In this document: in pieces, positions 12,467 through 24,745 of the stretch
Position numbering within the stretch: position 1 is the first letter of the stretch
Layout of the letters: each line of letters opens with the position of its first letter
Source of the DNA: Podarcis bocagei
Lineage: Eukaryota
Direction: 5' to 3' (one strand)
Assembly: GCA_964188305.1 (NCBI GenBank)
Contig: OZ076897.1
DNA: 64,000 nt
The notes under the pieces: generated by a model
What the model was told of the DNA's origin: nothing
What the model saw: only the letters and a program-made list of their open reading frames with translations
Database searches by the model: none
Position numbers and translations under genes: made by a program

Positions 12467-13128
12467 CAGTGGAACCTCGACTTACGAACTGCTCTACTTA
12501 TGTACGATTCCAGTTACAACCTTCAGTAGGTGCTTCAACTTATGAACTTTCCTCTAGATATGAACAGAGGCCTTGCTGGCAGCCCAGAGCTCGCCTGGCC
12601 GGCTGCGGAGCAGCGCTGAGGCCTCTGTTGCCGGGGTGGGGGCCCCCATCCCACCCTCAAAGCTGTGGAAGAGGTGCCGCCTGCAAGAGACACAGCAGGG
12701 CGCACTGCAGCCCCAAACCCCACCAAGGAACTAACCTGAGGAAGTCCAGAGAAGAACCTGGCCTGGCAAGAAAAAAAAGTGACCCTGGCCGAAGTGAATC
12801 AGCTCTTTAGTGACCCTTGCCCCTCCCCAGCTTGTAGCCAGGTAAGCCCACCCACCCTCAGGGCACATAAGAAAAAAATGTTTTTTTCTTTTTCATCTGC
12901 AATACTGTCTTTATTTTATAGTACAGTACATTGATTATTCCCTTCATTTTATGGATCTATGGTCTTGTTAGACAGTAAAATCCCTGTTAAATTGCTGTTT
13001 TAGGGGGTGTTTTTCATCAGTTCACTTTTCCATTACTTTCTATGGAAAAGTGCACCTCTACTTATGTACGTTTCTAGTTATGACTGGATCTCCGGAACAG
13101 ATTATGGTTGTAAGTAGAGGGTCCACTG
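12467..13128. mobile_element. Non-autonomous Tigger/pogo-like DNA transposon
   Basis: TIRs CAGTGGAACCTCGACTTAC ... GTAAGTAGAGGGTCCACTG, with TA on both flanks. Confidence 0.85.
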
Positions 13129-13730
13129 TATACAGCTGCTGTTCTCTTCTCCTGCTTACATGTTGTTTGCTGATTCTTAGTCTATATTCCTTAGAGGTAG
13201 AAGGGATGCTTAATCACATCTATTTTGTACTATGCTCCTCTCTTGCCCTGCCTCAGTAAACAAGAAGAAATGAGAGCAACAGATGGAAATACTAATGCAG
13301 AACTGCTCAGCTGCTTCTGTGTGCAGGGAGACACGTGGGGATAATTGTATTTAGAACTCATCCATCAAGTTAAAGTGATATATACAATTTATTGAATACT
13401 GAAATAAGGTCACTTGCCTTGCCTTTATGTACAAGCAGTGCACTAAATATGTTTGCATTCAGATCCAAAGAATCTACGTGGCCTTAATTATAATATGAAT
13501 GACTGGAAATGCGTATTTGTGGCATAGTCTCAAGCCCTGAAAGTTGCCTGCTGGGCCTTGTTCCCCACCCAGCCACCCAGCCAGCTGCCCAGGAAGCCTT
13601 ATAAGAAGCTGCTGCCAGAGAGGGACTGTGAGCAACCTCATGGGAGGGGTATTTCTCTTGTTATTCTTGCTGTTGTATGTTGCTAATGTAATCTTGTTCA
13701 TATATCTAGATAGCTTACTGAAGCCAGAGG

Positions 13731-13826
13731 ATCATAGAATCTTAGAGTTGGAAGGCACCCCAGGGCCACCTAGTCCAACCCCTGCAATGCAGGAATCTCA
13801 GCTCAAGCATCCAGGACAGATGGCCA
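13731..13826 (-). mobile_element. CR1 3'-end fragment; similar fragments at about 8496-8555 and 22420-22462
   Basis: ATCATAGAATCTTAGAGTTGGAAGG...TAGTCCAACCCC is the reverse complement of the CR1 3' terminus. Confidence 0.7.
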
Positions 13827-16800
13827 CAAAAGTTGCTGCTGCTTTATTATGTTATTATGAAATTGTTTTACAGTGCATGAATTTGAAAAGCATTTCCGTT
13901 TCCTTTGCTGTAAGCCACTTTGAGCATTTTTTTATATATTTTTTTGGGTGGAAACCGCCATACAAAGAAAATGATGGTTGAGATATGGACGCAGAAGGCC
14001 TCAGGTTGAGTTCCCAGGATCTCCAGGGAACTCAGTGTAAAAAAAGAAACCCCATCTGTTTTCCCCCAATGCACTGATATGCCTCAAATTTCTTTGTTGG
14101 GAATCTGCCAGTTGGGAAATATTTCCAGCCTCTACAGTTTCAAAACATGTCCCCTACTGTGGACATTTATTCTGCATGCCTTAGGCACAGTAGATGTGAA
14201 CACCAGAGATGGAGGGGCTGGCCGGTGGGTTGCTAAGCAACTTGAGCAGTATGGAATGCACAATGCCTGCTTGTCCAGGAAAGCCAGTCTTGGTCTGTTG
14301 ATATCAGAAAAGTCACAGAGCCTGTGCAATCCGGCAGCCTGACTTGGGTTCTTCCACTTTGCTTCTAAAGGAGAAGGGCTATTGGAGGAGGAAAATGGAA
14401 GGTTAAAAATTCTCCAGACATAGCCTGCCTTCCCTCCTTCCTCAGCTTCCTGATGGCAGTTTTGCTGCCATGGCTGGTGGACCAGGCAGAAAGAGCAAGT
14501 GCACAGATGCACATGGATGCAGAAAAAAATGCAACCAATGGCACCACATGGGAAAATGAATCAAACTTATCCTTTTCGTTTCTGAGGAAATACATTTAAA
14601 CAACTAAAATCAAAATAGGAGCATATCAAACCCTCCTGAACCCTGAAAGTTTTTTGAAGCACAGATAATATGATGTATTGCTAACTCATCTGAAGAATAT
14701 AATGGAATTGTTTTTGTTATGGACCTCATCACTGTCAATATGATTATTAAGTAGAATCTCGAAGTGACTTACTGAACAGGCAGCTCCCTTGATAAGATAA
14801 TTGTGAGTCTTTAAGGATAACGTCTAACTAAGGCACTGATGTGGAAGGCAGCATTGCTTTACAATTGAGTTATTACAATGCACCCTGAGACTGAGATGCC
14901 TCTTGCCCCTGGTCTAATATTGCTCTTGGCCAATGGCTGCAGGCTATCCCGGTAAAGAGATCCACAGGGAGGTGCTTCTGTCCATATGCTGGGGGGGGGG
15001 GCTAGGGGCCACATCACTCCTCAACCCAGCAAGCCTGTGAGGGTTGCACTGATTTGTATGCCAAATGAGGTTTGACCCTGGTGTTCTTCCAGCAGGAGGG
15101 CTGGAGGAGATGGTGGCCACCCAACGCCAAGCAAAAGTCACTTACTTCTGTAATCAGTAAAGTTGTGGCCTGATTTGAACCAACAAATATTGTCTGTAGT
15201 GTTTCCAGCTTTTACCAATATGGCTTGATGGGGGCAGGTTCACTGTGCAAAGGCCAAGGCAGATGTTATCTCAAATGTCAAGGGCACACCCAGTATTGCC
15301 AAGTCACAAGCATTGCTATGAAAATACTTTAACCTTTCACTGTAGCTGATATGGAGGCTCTGGCAGGCCTGTGGTGAAACCTCTTGTACGTGGCAGAAGC
15401 CAGGCACCCAGGCCCCTGCTCGCATGGCAAACTGAGGTGAGTATTCATGGTGCTCACAGCTTTCTGGCCATGAAGCGCTGCTGGGTCATTACGTTGCAGG
15501 TGGCCATAGTTCACTGGCTTTCCATTAACGCGCTGATAGGAAACTTGGCTGCTTCTAGAGCCAATATGCTTATTAACCATTGTCAAAATCCATCTGTGGC
15601 ACAGTTTACTTTTCCTGGCAGGTGCAGGGGGAAGTTGTTAAGGTAAATTGTGGGGAAGAACTGCCTCACCCATACACACAATTAAAAAGTCATCTGTTCA
15701 AAAGTATTCCAGGAAATGTTTAAATGGAGAATGGTTACATGACAGGGGAAAAAATGGAAGATAAACAGTATATATATCTAGGGGATGCTGTAGGTAGATG
15801 AAGCTTAAAGCGCCAAGAAAACTCTCAGTGAAGTTTTCAAAACCCTGGGAATTTGCTAATATGTTTTATTTCAATATCTATGGCAGTTGCTGATTTAATT
15901 ATTTTTATAGGAACAGAAATGATGGGACACCGAAAGTTAGATTCTGTGTTTGGAGACTGGGCCGAGGCTTTAGGAGAAGGCAAGCAAAGAGGGTGACAAA
16001 GTCAGTTACCTGCTGACTGGAAAGCTCTCTCTGACCATCTTGTATTCTTCAGGAATCTGCCTGGTGCCCTAGGAAGGCAGGAATTCTATGTCGGCAAACA
16101 GCGGGATGGAAGCCTCCACCCTCACAGGACGGCCAGAGGAAACAGCTGATACCAGCCACAGAAAAGCAGGCTCATTCAAAAAGAGTTCAGGCTAATAACT
16201 TTTGTAAGCTTGTTTACAAGGCTGCTCTATTATTTCTAAGCCTCTTGGAAACAAGAGCTTGGATTCTGGGCTTTTCAGGCCTAGAAGCTTTACTAACATG
16301 GACTGCTGCTGACACCCAGATCTGAAAACGGATTATTGGCATTTGATATCTTCCACTAGAAATCATGCTTGACAGCAGATAATAGCTGTGATGTTTTCTG
16401 TTGAAAAATTAATTACTGTGTTAAAGAAATGCCAGTTTAGTTTGAAACAGGTATTATTGGGACAACCTGTTGTTGCAGAGATATACACAACTGCCTTGCA
16501 CAGAGTTCTGAGCGATTCAGTTGCTGAAGTGCTCCTGCGCCAAGAGATGTGCACCAACAAAAGATGCATCTTAATTCCAACCTCTGGTCTTAGCCAATCA
16601 GAGAGCTAAGACTGATACTAGAATGCTAATCTGAGCCATGTGATCCATCCAGCCTAACATTCTTTACTCTGACTGGCAGCTGTTTTTCAGAATCTCAGCC
16701 AAGGTCTTGAGCTCCTCCACTGGCTGAGCTTATTTAAGGGGCAAGGCGAGTGGCCATCTGGGGCACCTGCTGACCACGCCCCCTTTCACTGAGCTAGGGA

Positions 16801-17062
16801 CCCAGCAGCCCCCACATGTTTGCCTCCGGGAACAGGAGGGCTAAGTTCAAACTCAGGAGACACAGTCAAGAGGATGCTTTCCCAAAGAGTTTCTCTGCCT
16901 GGTTGTGGTCCATGCAACTGCCAGGATTTGAGCCACGGTCTATAAATTTCAAACCTGTCAGCAATGCATAGAAATGCGGAGCTCCTTGGACTAGCTAGGC
17001 TCACTGAGGCCATTGTGCAATTGCAGAGGTGATGTGTAGATAGAGAAAACAACCTATCGATT

Positions 17063-20000
17063 TCATAGAATCATAGAGTTGGAAGAGACCACAAGGGCCA
17101 TCGAGTCCAACCCCCTGCCAAGCAGGAAACACCTTCAGAGCACTCCTGGCATATGGTTGTCAAGCCTCTGCTTAAAGACCTCCAAAGAAAGAGACTCCAC
17201 CACACTCCTTGGCAGCAAATTCCACTGTCAAACAGCTTTTACTGTCAGGAAGTTCTTCCTAATGTTTAGGTGGAATCTTCTTTCTTGTAGTTTGGATCCA
17301 TTGCTCCGTGTCCGCTTCTCTGGAGCAGCAGAAAACAACCTTTCTACCTCCTCTATGTGACATCCTTTTATATATTTGAACATGGCTATCATATCACCCC
17401 CTTAACCTCCTCTTCTCCAGGCTAAACATGCCCAGCTCCCTTAGCCGTTCCTCATAAGGCATCGTTTCCAGGCCTTTGACCATTTTGGTTGCCCTCCTCT
17501 GGACACGTTCCAGTTTGTCAGTGTCCTTCTTGAATTGTGGTGCCCAGAACTGGACACAGTACTCCAGGTGAGGTCTGACCAGAGCAGAATACAGTGGCAC
17601 TATTACTTCCCTTGATCTAGATGCTATACTCCTATTGATGCAGCCCAGAATTGCATTGGCTTTTTTAGCTGCCGCGTCACACTGTTGGCTCATGTCAAGT
17701 TTGTGATCAACCAAGACTCCTATATCCTTTTCACATGTCACCCATGTCAAGCCAGGTGTCACCCATCTTGTATTTGTGCCTCTCATTTTTTTTGCCCAAG
17801 TGCAATACTTTACATTTCTCCCTGTTAAAGTTCATCTTGTTTGTTTTTGCCCAGTTCTCTAATCTGTCAAGGTCGTTTTGAAGTGTGATCCTGTCCTCTG
17901 GGGTGTTAGCCACCCCTCCCAGTTTGGTGTCATCTGCAAATTTGATCAGGATGCCCTTGAGTCCATCATCCAAGTCGTTGATAAAGATGTTGAATAAGAC
18001 CGGGCCCAAGACAGAACCCTGTGGCACCCCACTAGTCACTCTTCTCCAGGATGAAGAGGAACCATTGATCAGCACCCTTTGGGTTCGGTCAGTCAGCCAG
18101 TTACAAATCCACTGAGTGGTAGCATAGTCAAGACCGCATTTTACCAGCTTCTTTACAAGAATATCATGGGGCACCTTGTCAAATGCCTTGCTGAAATCAA
18201 GGTAGGCTACATCCACTGCGTTCCCTTCATCTACCAGGCTTGTAATTCTGTCAAAAAACGAGATCAGGTTAGTCTGACATGACTTATTTTTCAGAAATCC
18301 ATGCTGACTATTGGTGATCACAGCATTCCTTTCTAGGTGCTCACAGACTGTTTGCTTAATGATCTGCTCCAGAATCTTCCCTGCTATTGATGTCAGACTG
18401 ACTGGGCGGTAATTATTTGGGTCCTCTCTTTTCCCCTTTTTGAAAATAGGGACAACATTTGCCCTCCTCCAGTCTGCCGGGACTTCGCCTGTTCTCCAGG
18501 AATTCTCAAAGATGACTGCCAGTGGTTCTGAGATCACATCTGCCAGTTCTTTTAATACTCTTGGATGCAGTTCATCTGGCCCTGGAGACTTGAATACATC
18601 TAAACTGGCCAAGTATTCTTGTACTATCTCCTTAGTTATTCTGGGCTGTGTTTCCTTTGCTGAATCATTTGCTCCAAATTCTTCAGGTCGGGCATTGTTT
18701 TCCTTATCGGAGAAGACTGAGGCAAAGAAGGCATTGAGAAGTTCAGCCCTTTCTGTGTCCCCTGTTTGCATTTCACCATCTTCTCCTCTGAGTGACCCCA
18801 CTGTTTCTTTGTTCTTCCTTTTGCTACGAACATACCCATAGAAGCCTTTTTTGTTGCTTTTAACCTCTCTAGCAAACCTGAGTTCATTCTGTGCTTTAGC
18901 TTTTCTGACTTTGTGTCTACACGTGCTGGCTATTTGTTTGAATTCCTCTTTGGTGGTTTCTCCCCTTTTCCATTTTTTGTACACATCCTTTTTTAATCTT
19001 AACTCAGTTAAAAGTTCATTAGATAGCCACCCTGGCTTCTTTAGGCACCTTCCATGTTTCCGTCTCATTGGTATTGCCTGAAGTTGTGCTTTTACTATCT
19101 CCCTCTTAACAAACTCCCAGCCATCATGAACTCCCTTTCCTTTTAGTATTACTGTCCATGAGATCTCACCCAGCACTTCCCTAAGTTTTATGAAGTCGGC
19201 TTTCTTAAAGTCAAGAAATTGAGTCCTAGTATGCTTGGCTGCTCCTTTCCGCTGTATAGTAAACTTCAGAAGAGCATGATCACTCGCGCCTAATGATCCT
19301 TCCACTTCTACCCCACTAACCAGGTCATCAACATTGGTTAGGACCAGATCTAAAATGGCTGTTCCTCTTGTTGCTTCTCCCACTTTCTGGACAATGAAGT
19401 TGTCTGCAAGGCCAGTGAGGAATCTGTTTGACCTTATGCTCTTGGCTGAGTTTGACATCCAACAAATATCCGGGTAATTGAAGTCCCCCATTACTACTAT
19501 CTCCCTTCCTTTTGCATGCTTGGCCATCTGTTCCAGGAAGGCATCATCTATGTCCTCCGTTTGGCTTGGGGATCTATAGTAAACTCCCACAATGAGGTCT
19601 CTGTTATTCTTCTCTCCCTTAATTTTGACCCAAATGCTCTCACTTTGGCTTTGAGGTTCTAAATCTTGGATCTCTTCACAGGTATACACATCCCTGACAT
19701 ATAACGCCACTCCTCCTCCTTTCTTGTCTGGTCTGTTTCTCTGAAATAGATTGTATCCCCCCATTATTACATTCCAATCGTGGGACTTATCCCACCAGGT
19801 TTCAGTGATGCCTATTATGTCATATTTAGTTTGCTGTACCAAGAGCTCAAGCCCATCTTGTTTATTTCCCATGCTTTGCGCATTAGTGTACAGACATTGA
19901 AGTCCATTAATCATTCCCCCGTGTCTCTTATTTAAGGATTTTTTCCTCCCACCACTAGGTCTGCGTGCTGTTTGCTCCATTTGGTCTATGACATTTGGAT

Positions 20001-20431
20001 GATCATCTTCATCAATTGATAGACTCCTACCTTCAGGAGCACTGTCTCCCTCCCCCACATTAGTCAGTTTAAAGCCCTCCTGATGAGGTTTCTGAGATTT
20101 TTGGCAAAAACATTTCTCCCAACTGTTGTGAGGTGCAGCCCATCGCTTGCCAGAAGTCCATCTTCAAGAAACTGCAGTCCATGATCTAAGAATCCAAACC
20201 GTTCCTATTTACACCATTTGCGAAGCCAACTGTTCACTTCCACTATTTTTCCCTCTCTCCCTGGGCCACGTCGTTCAACTGGAAGGACAGATGAGATGAC
20301 AATTTGTGCATTTAGTTGCTTCAATTTCCTGCCAAGAGCCTCGTAGTCTCTTTTGATCTTCTGGAGGCTATTGCTTGCAGTGTCATTGGTTCCCACATGA
20401 ACCAAGAGGAAGGGGTCTTTATTGACCCCTT
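17063..20431 (-). mobile_element. Young CR1 LINE, 5'-truncated within ORF1, ORF2 nearly intact
   Basis: ORF1 SGNH esterase remnants LLVHVGTND and DGLHL. ORF2 endonuclease motifs YTNAQS, GITETW, MGDFN and SDH. RT motifs YRPVSLTS, YLDFSKAFD, GVPQGSVLGP and FADD. 3' UTR with (ATTCTATG) tail at 17063-17076. Confidence 0.97.
17731..20058 (-). pseudogene. CR1 ORF2 (APE endonuclease + reverse transcriptase), 775-codon open frame, frameshifted near the C terminus
   Basis: ORF-track protein with all catalytic motifs. The continuation [11 protein letters not shown]...[11 protein letters not shown] lies in another frame (17394-17786). Confidence 0.92.
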
Positions 20432-20891
20432 TATTTCCAGACTTTATTGACAGCACAACACTTTTTTCTTTTCTTTTTTGCTATGAAACACCTTCCTTTT
20501 GATATGTGTAATCTGAATGGATAATTTGACAATGAAGTGTTCCACTGGCAATACACGAGGAGACTTTTGTTCAAAGCGGTGATCAATACGGTGAAGAGAG
20601 CAAAGCAGAGCATGCATCATTACAAACCTAATGATGTCTTTACTGCTATACAATCATTAGAAGTCTGAGCACTTCAGAAATAATGCATCCATTACAGAAA
20701 ATTCTGTATTTGCTCTACATGCCTCTGATGACAATTTGCATTATGATTAACCTAAGAACGGGTAATGGGACATGGTTGCTGCAGCCCCCACAAGCTTCTT
20801 CCTCAGGTAGGTCCAATGGGGGGAGGAGAGGATCAATAAGCAGACTGGCCGGCTATTAAACTACTTGGTGGCAAAAGGAGAAATGCATTTA

Positions 20892-21367
20892 CAGTGGTGC
20901 CTCGCAAGACGAAAAGAATCCGATCCGCGAGTCTCTTCGTCTTGCGGTTTTTTCCGTCTTGCAAAGCAAGCCCATTAGCGGCTTAGCGGATTAGCGCTAT
21001 TAGCGGCTTAGCGGGTTTAGCAGATCAGCTGATAAGCGGCTTAGCGGATCAGCTGATAAGCGGCTTAGCGGATCAGCTGTTAAGCGGCTTAGCGGATCAG
21101 CTATTAAGCATCTTAACGGATCAGCTGATAAGCGGCTTAGCGGATCAGCTGTTAAGCGGCTTAGCGGCTTAGGATCAGCTGATAAGCGGCTTAGCGGCTT
21201 GGGAAAAGGGGGGGAGGAAAAAACCCCCGCAGGAACTCGCAAGACATTTTCGTCTTGCGAAGCAAGCCCATAGGAAATTCGTTTTGCAAAGCACCTCCAA
21301 AACAGAAAACCCTTTCGTCTAGCGGGTATTCCGTCTTGTGAGGCATTCGTCTTGCGGGGCACCACTG
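20892..21367. mobile_element. Tc1/mariner-type MITE with an internal 24-bp minisatellite
   Basis: TIRs CAGTGGTGCCTCGCAAGACG ... CGTCTTGCGGGGCACCACTG, TA flanks and repeated subterminal CGTCTTGC motifs. Confidence 0.92.
20976..21200. repeat. Minisatellite, unit AGCGGCTTAGCGGATCAGCTG(A/T)TA (24 bp), about 7 full units plus partial 8-mers
   Basis: Read directly; it produces the 8-aa periodicity in the spurious ORF 21000..21377. Confidence 0.92.
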
Positions 21368-22460
21368 TATCACACAAGAGACTCGCTATGGACTAAATAG
21401 CAGCAAGGAAGACGAAGAGCCTTCTCTGCTCCCCAGTCACAATGGGGACTGGCTAACCCTGATTGTGGAGGATACCACGGAGCAAGGTTTCGAAAGTTGT
21501 AGAGAGATCAAGCAGGACCAGGAGGCATTTGTACTCGCTTAGGGCTAAACAAGTGTGACTTCAACAAAACAGCTTTATATTGGGCTGCTAATAAAAGCTA
21601 GTACACAAAAGAGAGCGAGCGCAGCATCAAGGCTGTCTAAGCAGAGGAATGCTAAAGAGTTAACTGTGGAAGTTTAATGATCTCTTTACAACAACTGGAG
21701 CCTAAAATCTTTGTTTGCTAGGATCACTCCCCCAACTTGTTTTCTTCCTTCAGCACCAGGGTGTAGTATTGTTGTCCTGCACAATCAGAGGACATATGAG
21801 GCGTGAATGGAGCCTGCAGGTGATACGGATTCTCTTTCCCTACCAAATGAGCTGGAGCCAAACTAATAGGAGAAATCTCCCTTCTCTCTTTGAATCTGAA
21901 CTCTCAAAGTGGCATGCTGCTGCTCCAAGTTGGAAACTTACTGGAACTCCCAAGTTTTTGCTCAAAGAAGCAGGGTTGTGGGGGGTTTTTTTTTGGGGGG
22001 GGGGAGCCCCTTACACACCAAAACAGGATCTGTGCAACCTGAATTTGCAGATGTGTGTTTGAATCCCACCCCCAAATAGTGAGCATTCAGAAGTACCCTG
22101 AGATGCAGTTTCACTGCAGAGGTGTTTTTGTTTTTGTTTTCTGCAACAGGATTCTCAGCTCCCTTTGATGGTTTGAATTCAGTCTTTTCGTTAGGCTTAG
22201 AATGGTGGAATATTTAGCATAGTTAGGGTAACTGTATCCCATTTGTTCTGCTGGCACACTCTTATTATTTCCCCCTCATGGCTCATTCACTAAGCGGACT
22301 CTGCTGAGAGTGGGACCATCTTGTTAAAGCAGAGTTGCTACTATATTGCCACCTAACCTCACCAAACACAAAATACAAGGCCATTTTGTGTGGGGAGCTC
22401 ATTTCATGCAAAGTTTAAAAGAATAGGATCCTAGAGTTGGAAGGAACCCCAAGGCTCATC

Positions 22461-22494
<34 letters not shown>
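22461..22494. repeat. (AAT)n microsatellite
   Basis: Read directly. Confidence 0.95.
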
Positions 22495-22495
<1 letters not shown>

Positions 22496-22714
22496 TTTTT
22501 AATCTATACCAAAACCGGGCTCAGAGCAGCTAACATCAAATTTATAACACAGTTGTAATGCAGAAATCTTGGCTGCCATTTCTCATGGTGCCCCAATGTA
22601 CCAACTGAAGAAACACTGCCGTAGGCAAAGCTGCAAGATAGGGCTGCCATCTGAGTGGATGTGGCTAGGATGACTCTGTCTGCTCGTATTTACATAAGAC
22701 AGGAGAGCAGAAAG

Positions 22715-22996
22715 CAGGGCTGGCCCAAGAGGGTTTGGTGCCTGAGGCACCCACAAAATGGTGGGAGGAAGAAGAGGGAATGAAGACCTACATCAGGAAC
22801 AAGGAGAGGAATAAGCATTGACACAGGGAACCAGGGGTGGGAGGAGACCAGCCGCAAGAGGCTGCTGTGGAGGCAGCATGAGGGGAGGGCACTAGCAAGA
22901 AAACAGCAGTCTCAGCCTCCAAGGCATGTGCTGCCCCTGCGGATCCTGCAGCCTGAGGCGATTGCCTCACCTTGCCTCACAGACAGGCCTGGCCTG
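22715..22996. mobile_element. Non-autonomous hAT element
   Basis: Imperfect TIRs CAGGGCTGGCCC ... GGCCTGGCCTG. Perfect 8-bp TSD GCAGAAAG at 22707-22714 and 22997-23004. Confidence 0.85.
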
Positions 22997-24319
22997 GCAG
23001 AAAGGGGAAATCTGAATTAACCTTTTCAAAACACTGTGTTACTTCTGACCCTTCAAGTTGAATGCTGCCCACCCACCAGATACTGTGATCTGCCATGCAC
23101 TTGACCACCCGACTCTCCCTGCTCCCCACCCCCACATCTCAGGCAGATGGAACAACTAGGATATTCATCAAGCTCATAGCAAGCACCAAATCTTGTAGTT
23201 GGGCTGAGTTGGTTTGGTGAGGCTAACATTCTGCACAGCTGAAGAAGAGGATATATAATTTGAAGAGCTGGGTTCTCAGGTGGAGCTAGAGATGGGATTT
23301 TTTTATGACTAGGACTGAACAGTATGCTCCAAGTACTGAACAAAGTAGTCTTGGAAAGGAGGAACTGAGTAACTTGCAGAGTTAAAGCAGCATCATGAAG
23401 GAAATAAATCATTAGAAATAACAGGACAAGACAAGCACTCAGCAGAAGGGAACCAAGTTACAAAGAGGCTACTGAAGTCAAGTACTAAAGAAAGGGGGAT
23501 AACAAAGCGTGATCTTTTTCAAAAAGTCAATAAAAACTACAGAGTTTCAGGAGTCCTGTGAAAGAGTTCAGTAAGCCATTTCTGAGAATGCAAAAGACTC
23601 AGAAGTGGGAGGAAAACTACAGAAACTATAAAAATTTTAAGTATGTAGGATTTAGTTGATATGAATGGCACATTCATTCAATAGTTCAGTGCTGAAACCC
23701 AAGTCTTGTTAGTACAGTCTTCGTTGCAAGGGCAGTGTTCCTAGTACAGACTCACTGAGCCAAACATAGGTCACCCATTACGCATGGTGGTGAAGTTCAC
23801 TAAGCCCTGTGCACTGGCAACCCAAAAAATAAAGGGGGGAGGACAGCTGTGTTGTTGTTTCAAATTTGTGTCCTGTCTTCCTCCCAAATGAACCTAGGGT
23901 GGCACATTATGTGTACAAAGTAATCTAAACAAAGCCTGGAAATAAAAAGCAGCAGAATGGAGGATTGCTAAGACAGCAGTGCAAAACTTACAGCAATCTG
24001 GAACGCTTGAATCTGGACATAAATTGGGAGAGCTGGGGTAGACCATTGCCCGGTAGTGCTGCTGAGAAGAGGTTAGTGGTGGCTCACCAACTAGTATAGT
24101 CCTGGTGGATCATGTGGTTGAGGTGGAGGTAAAGGACAGTGGGGCAGGGTGGAGGAGGCTCAGGAGGGAGGCGAGGAGGGAGGAGGAGGTCACATGTGCA
24201 CATGCCCCATACCCAGTGCAATTGGTGCCGGAGACTCTGGCAGCTTTGTGGGGCCAGATGGAGCATGGGAAGCTGGGTGTCCGTGGCAGGATGCAGACCT
24301 TATCATATAAGCACCACCA

Positions 24320-24745
24320 TGGTACATGGTCTAAACAGTGCCATCACTGGGGGTTTCTCCACCTCCTTGGATCATAGTGAGCAGCAGGCAATGTGCCCCA
24401 TGAGCTGGCTTTTCTGAGAGAGATTTCTGAGTTCACACACTCCCTCCATGCGCTGGCAAGGATGCTGGGTGTGGTGACCCACTGGCATTGCTGCCTCTTT
24501 GCTGCCCATAATGGTGGCACTGCTTGTGCCACCACAGCTGTGGCCACCCCTGCACATTGCAATGGAACGAAGTGCTTCTGAAGCACCTGAGCGAACCCTT
24601 TGGGCACCTGTGTCCAATCAGGTCTGGCCTGGCCTGCCGTTTCCCTACTGGCTGTTGCTTCTTGGTGGCTCATGCCATGTGGTCCCAACTCCCTCCCACT
24701 TGTCCAGCCTTTGGAATGTCCAGGCGTGAGCTGCTGTGGCCTCTT
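24320..24745 (+). pseudogene. Decayed Myb/SANT-like (trihelix) coding fossil, copy 1, probably PIF/Harbinger-derived
   Basis: With frameshifts it reads WNEVLLKHLSE...IRSGLACR..YWLL...QLPPTCPAF...RELLW. It shares nucleotide blocks with 26270-26560. Confidence 0.45.

Noticed and set aside
20976-21200. Regular 24-bp repeats with an internal palindrome, superficially CRISPR-like
   Set aside because: Units are head-to-tail with no unique spacers, there are no cas genes, the context is eukaryotic, and the array sits inside a TA-flanked MITE.
21000-21377. 125-aa ORF with PLSRLSAD repeats
   Set aside because: It is a translation of the MITE minisatellite, with no coding evidence.
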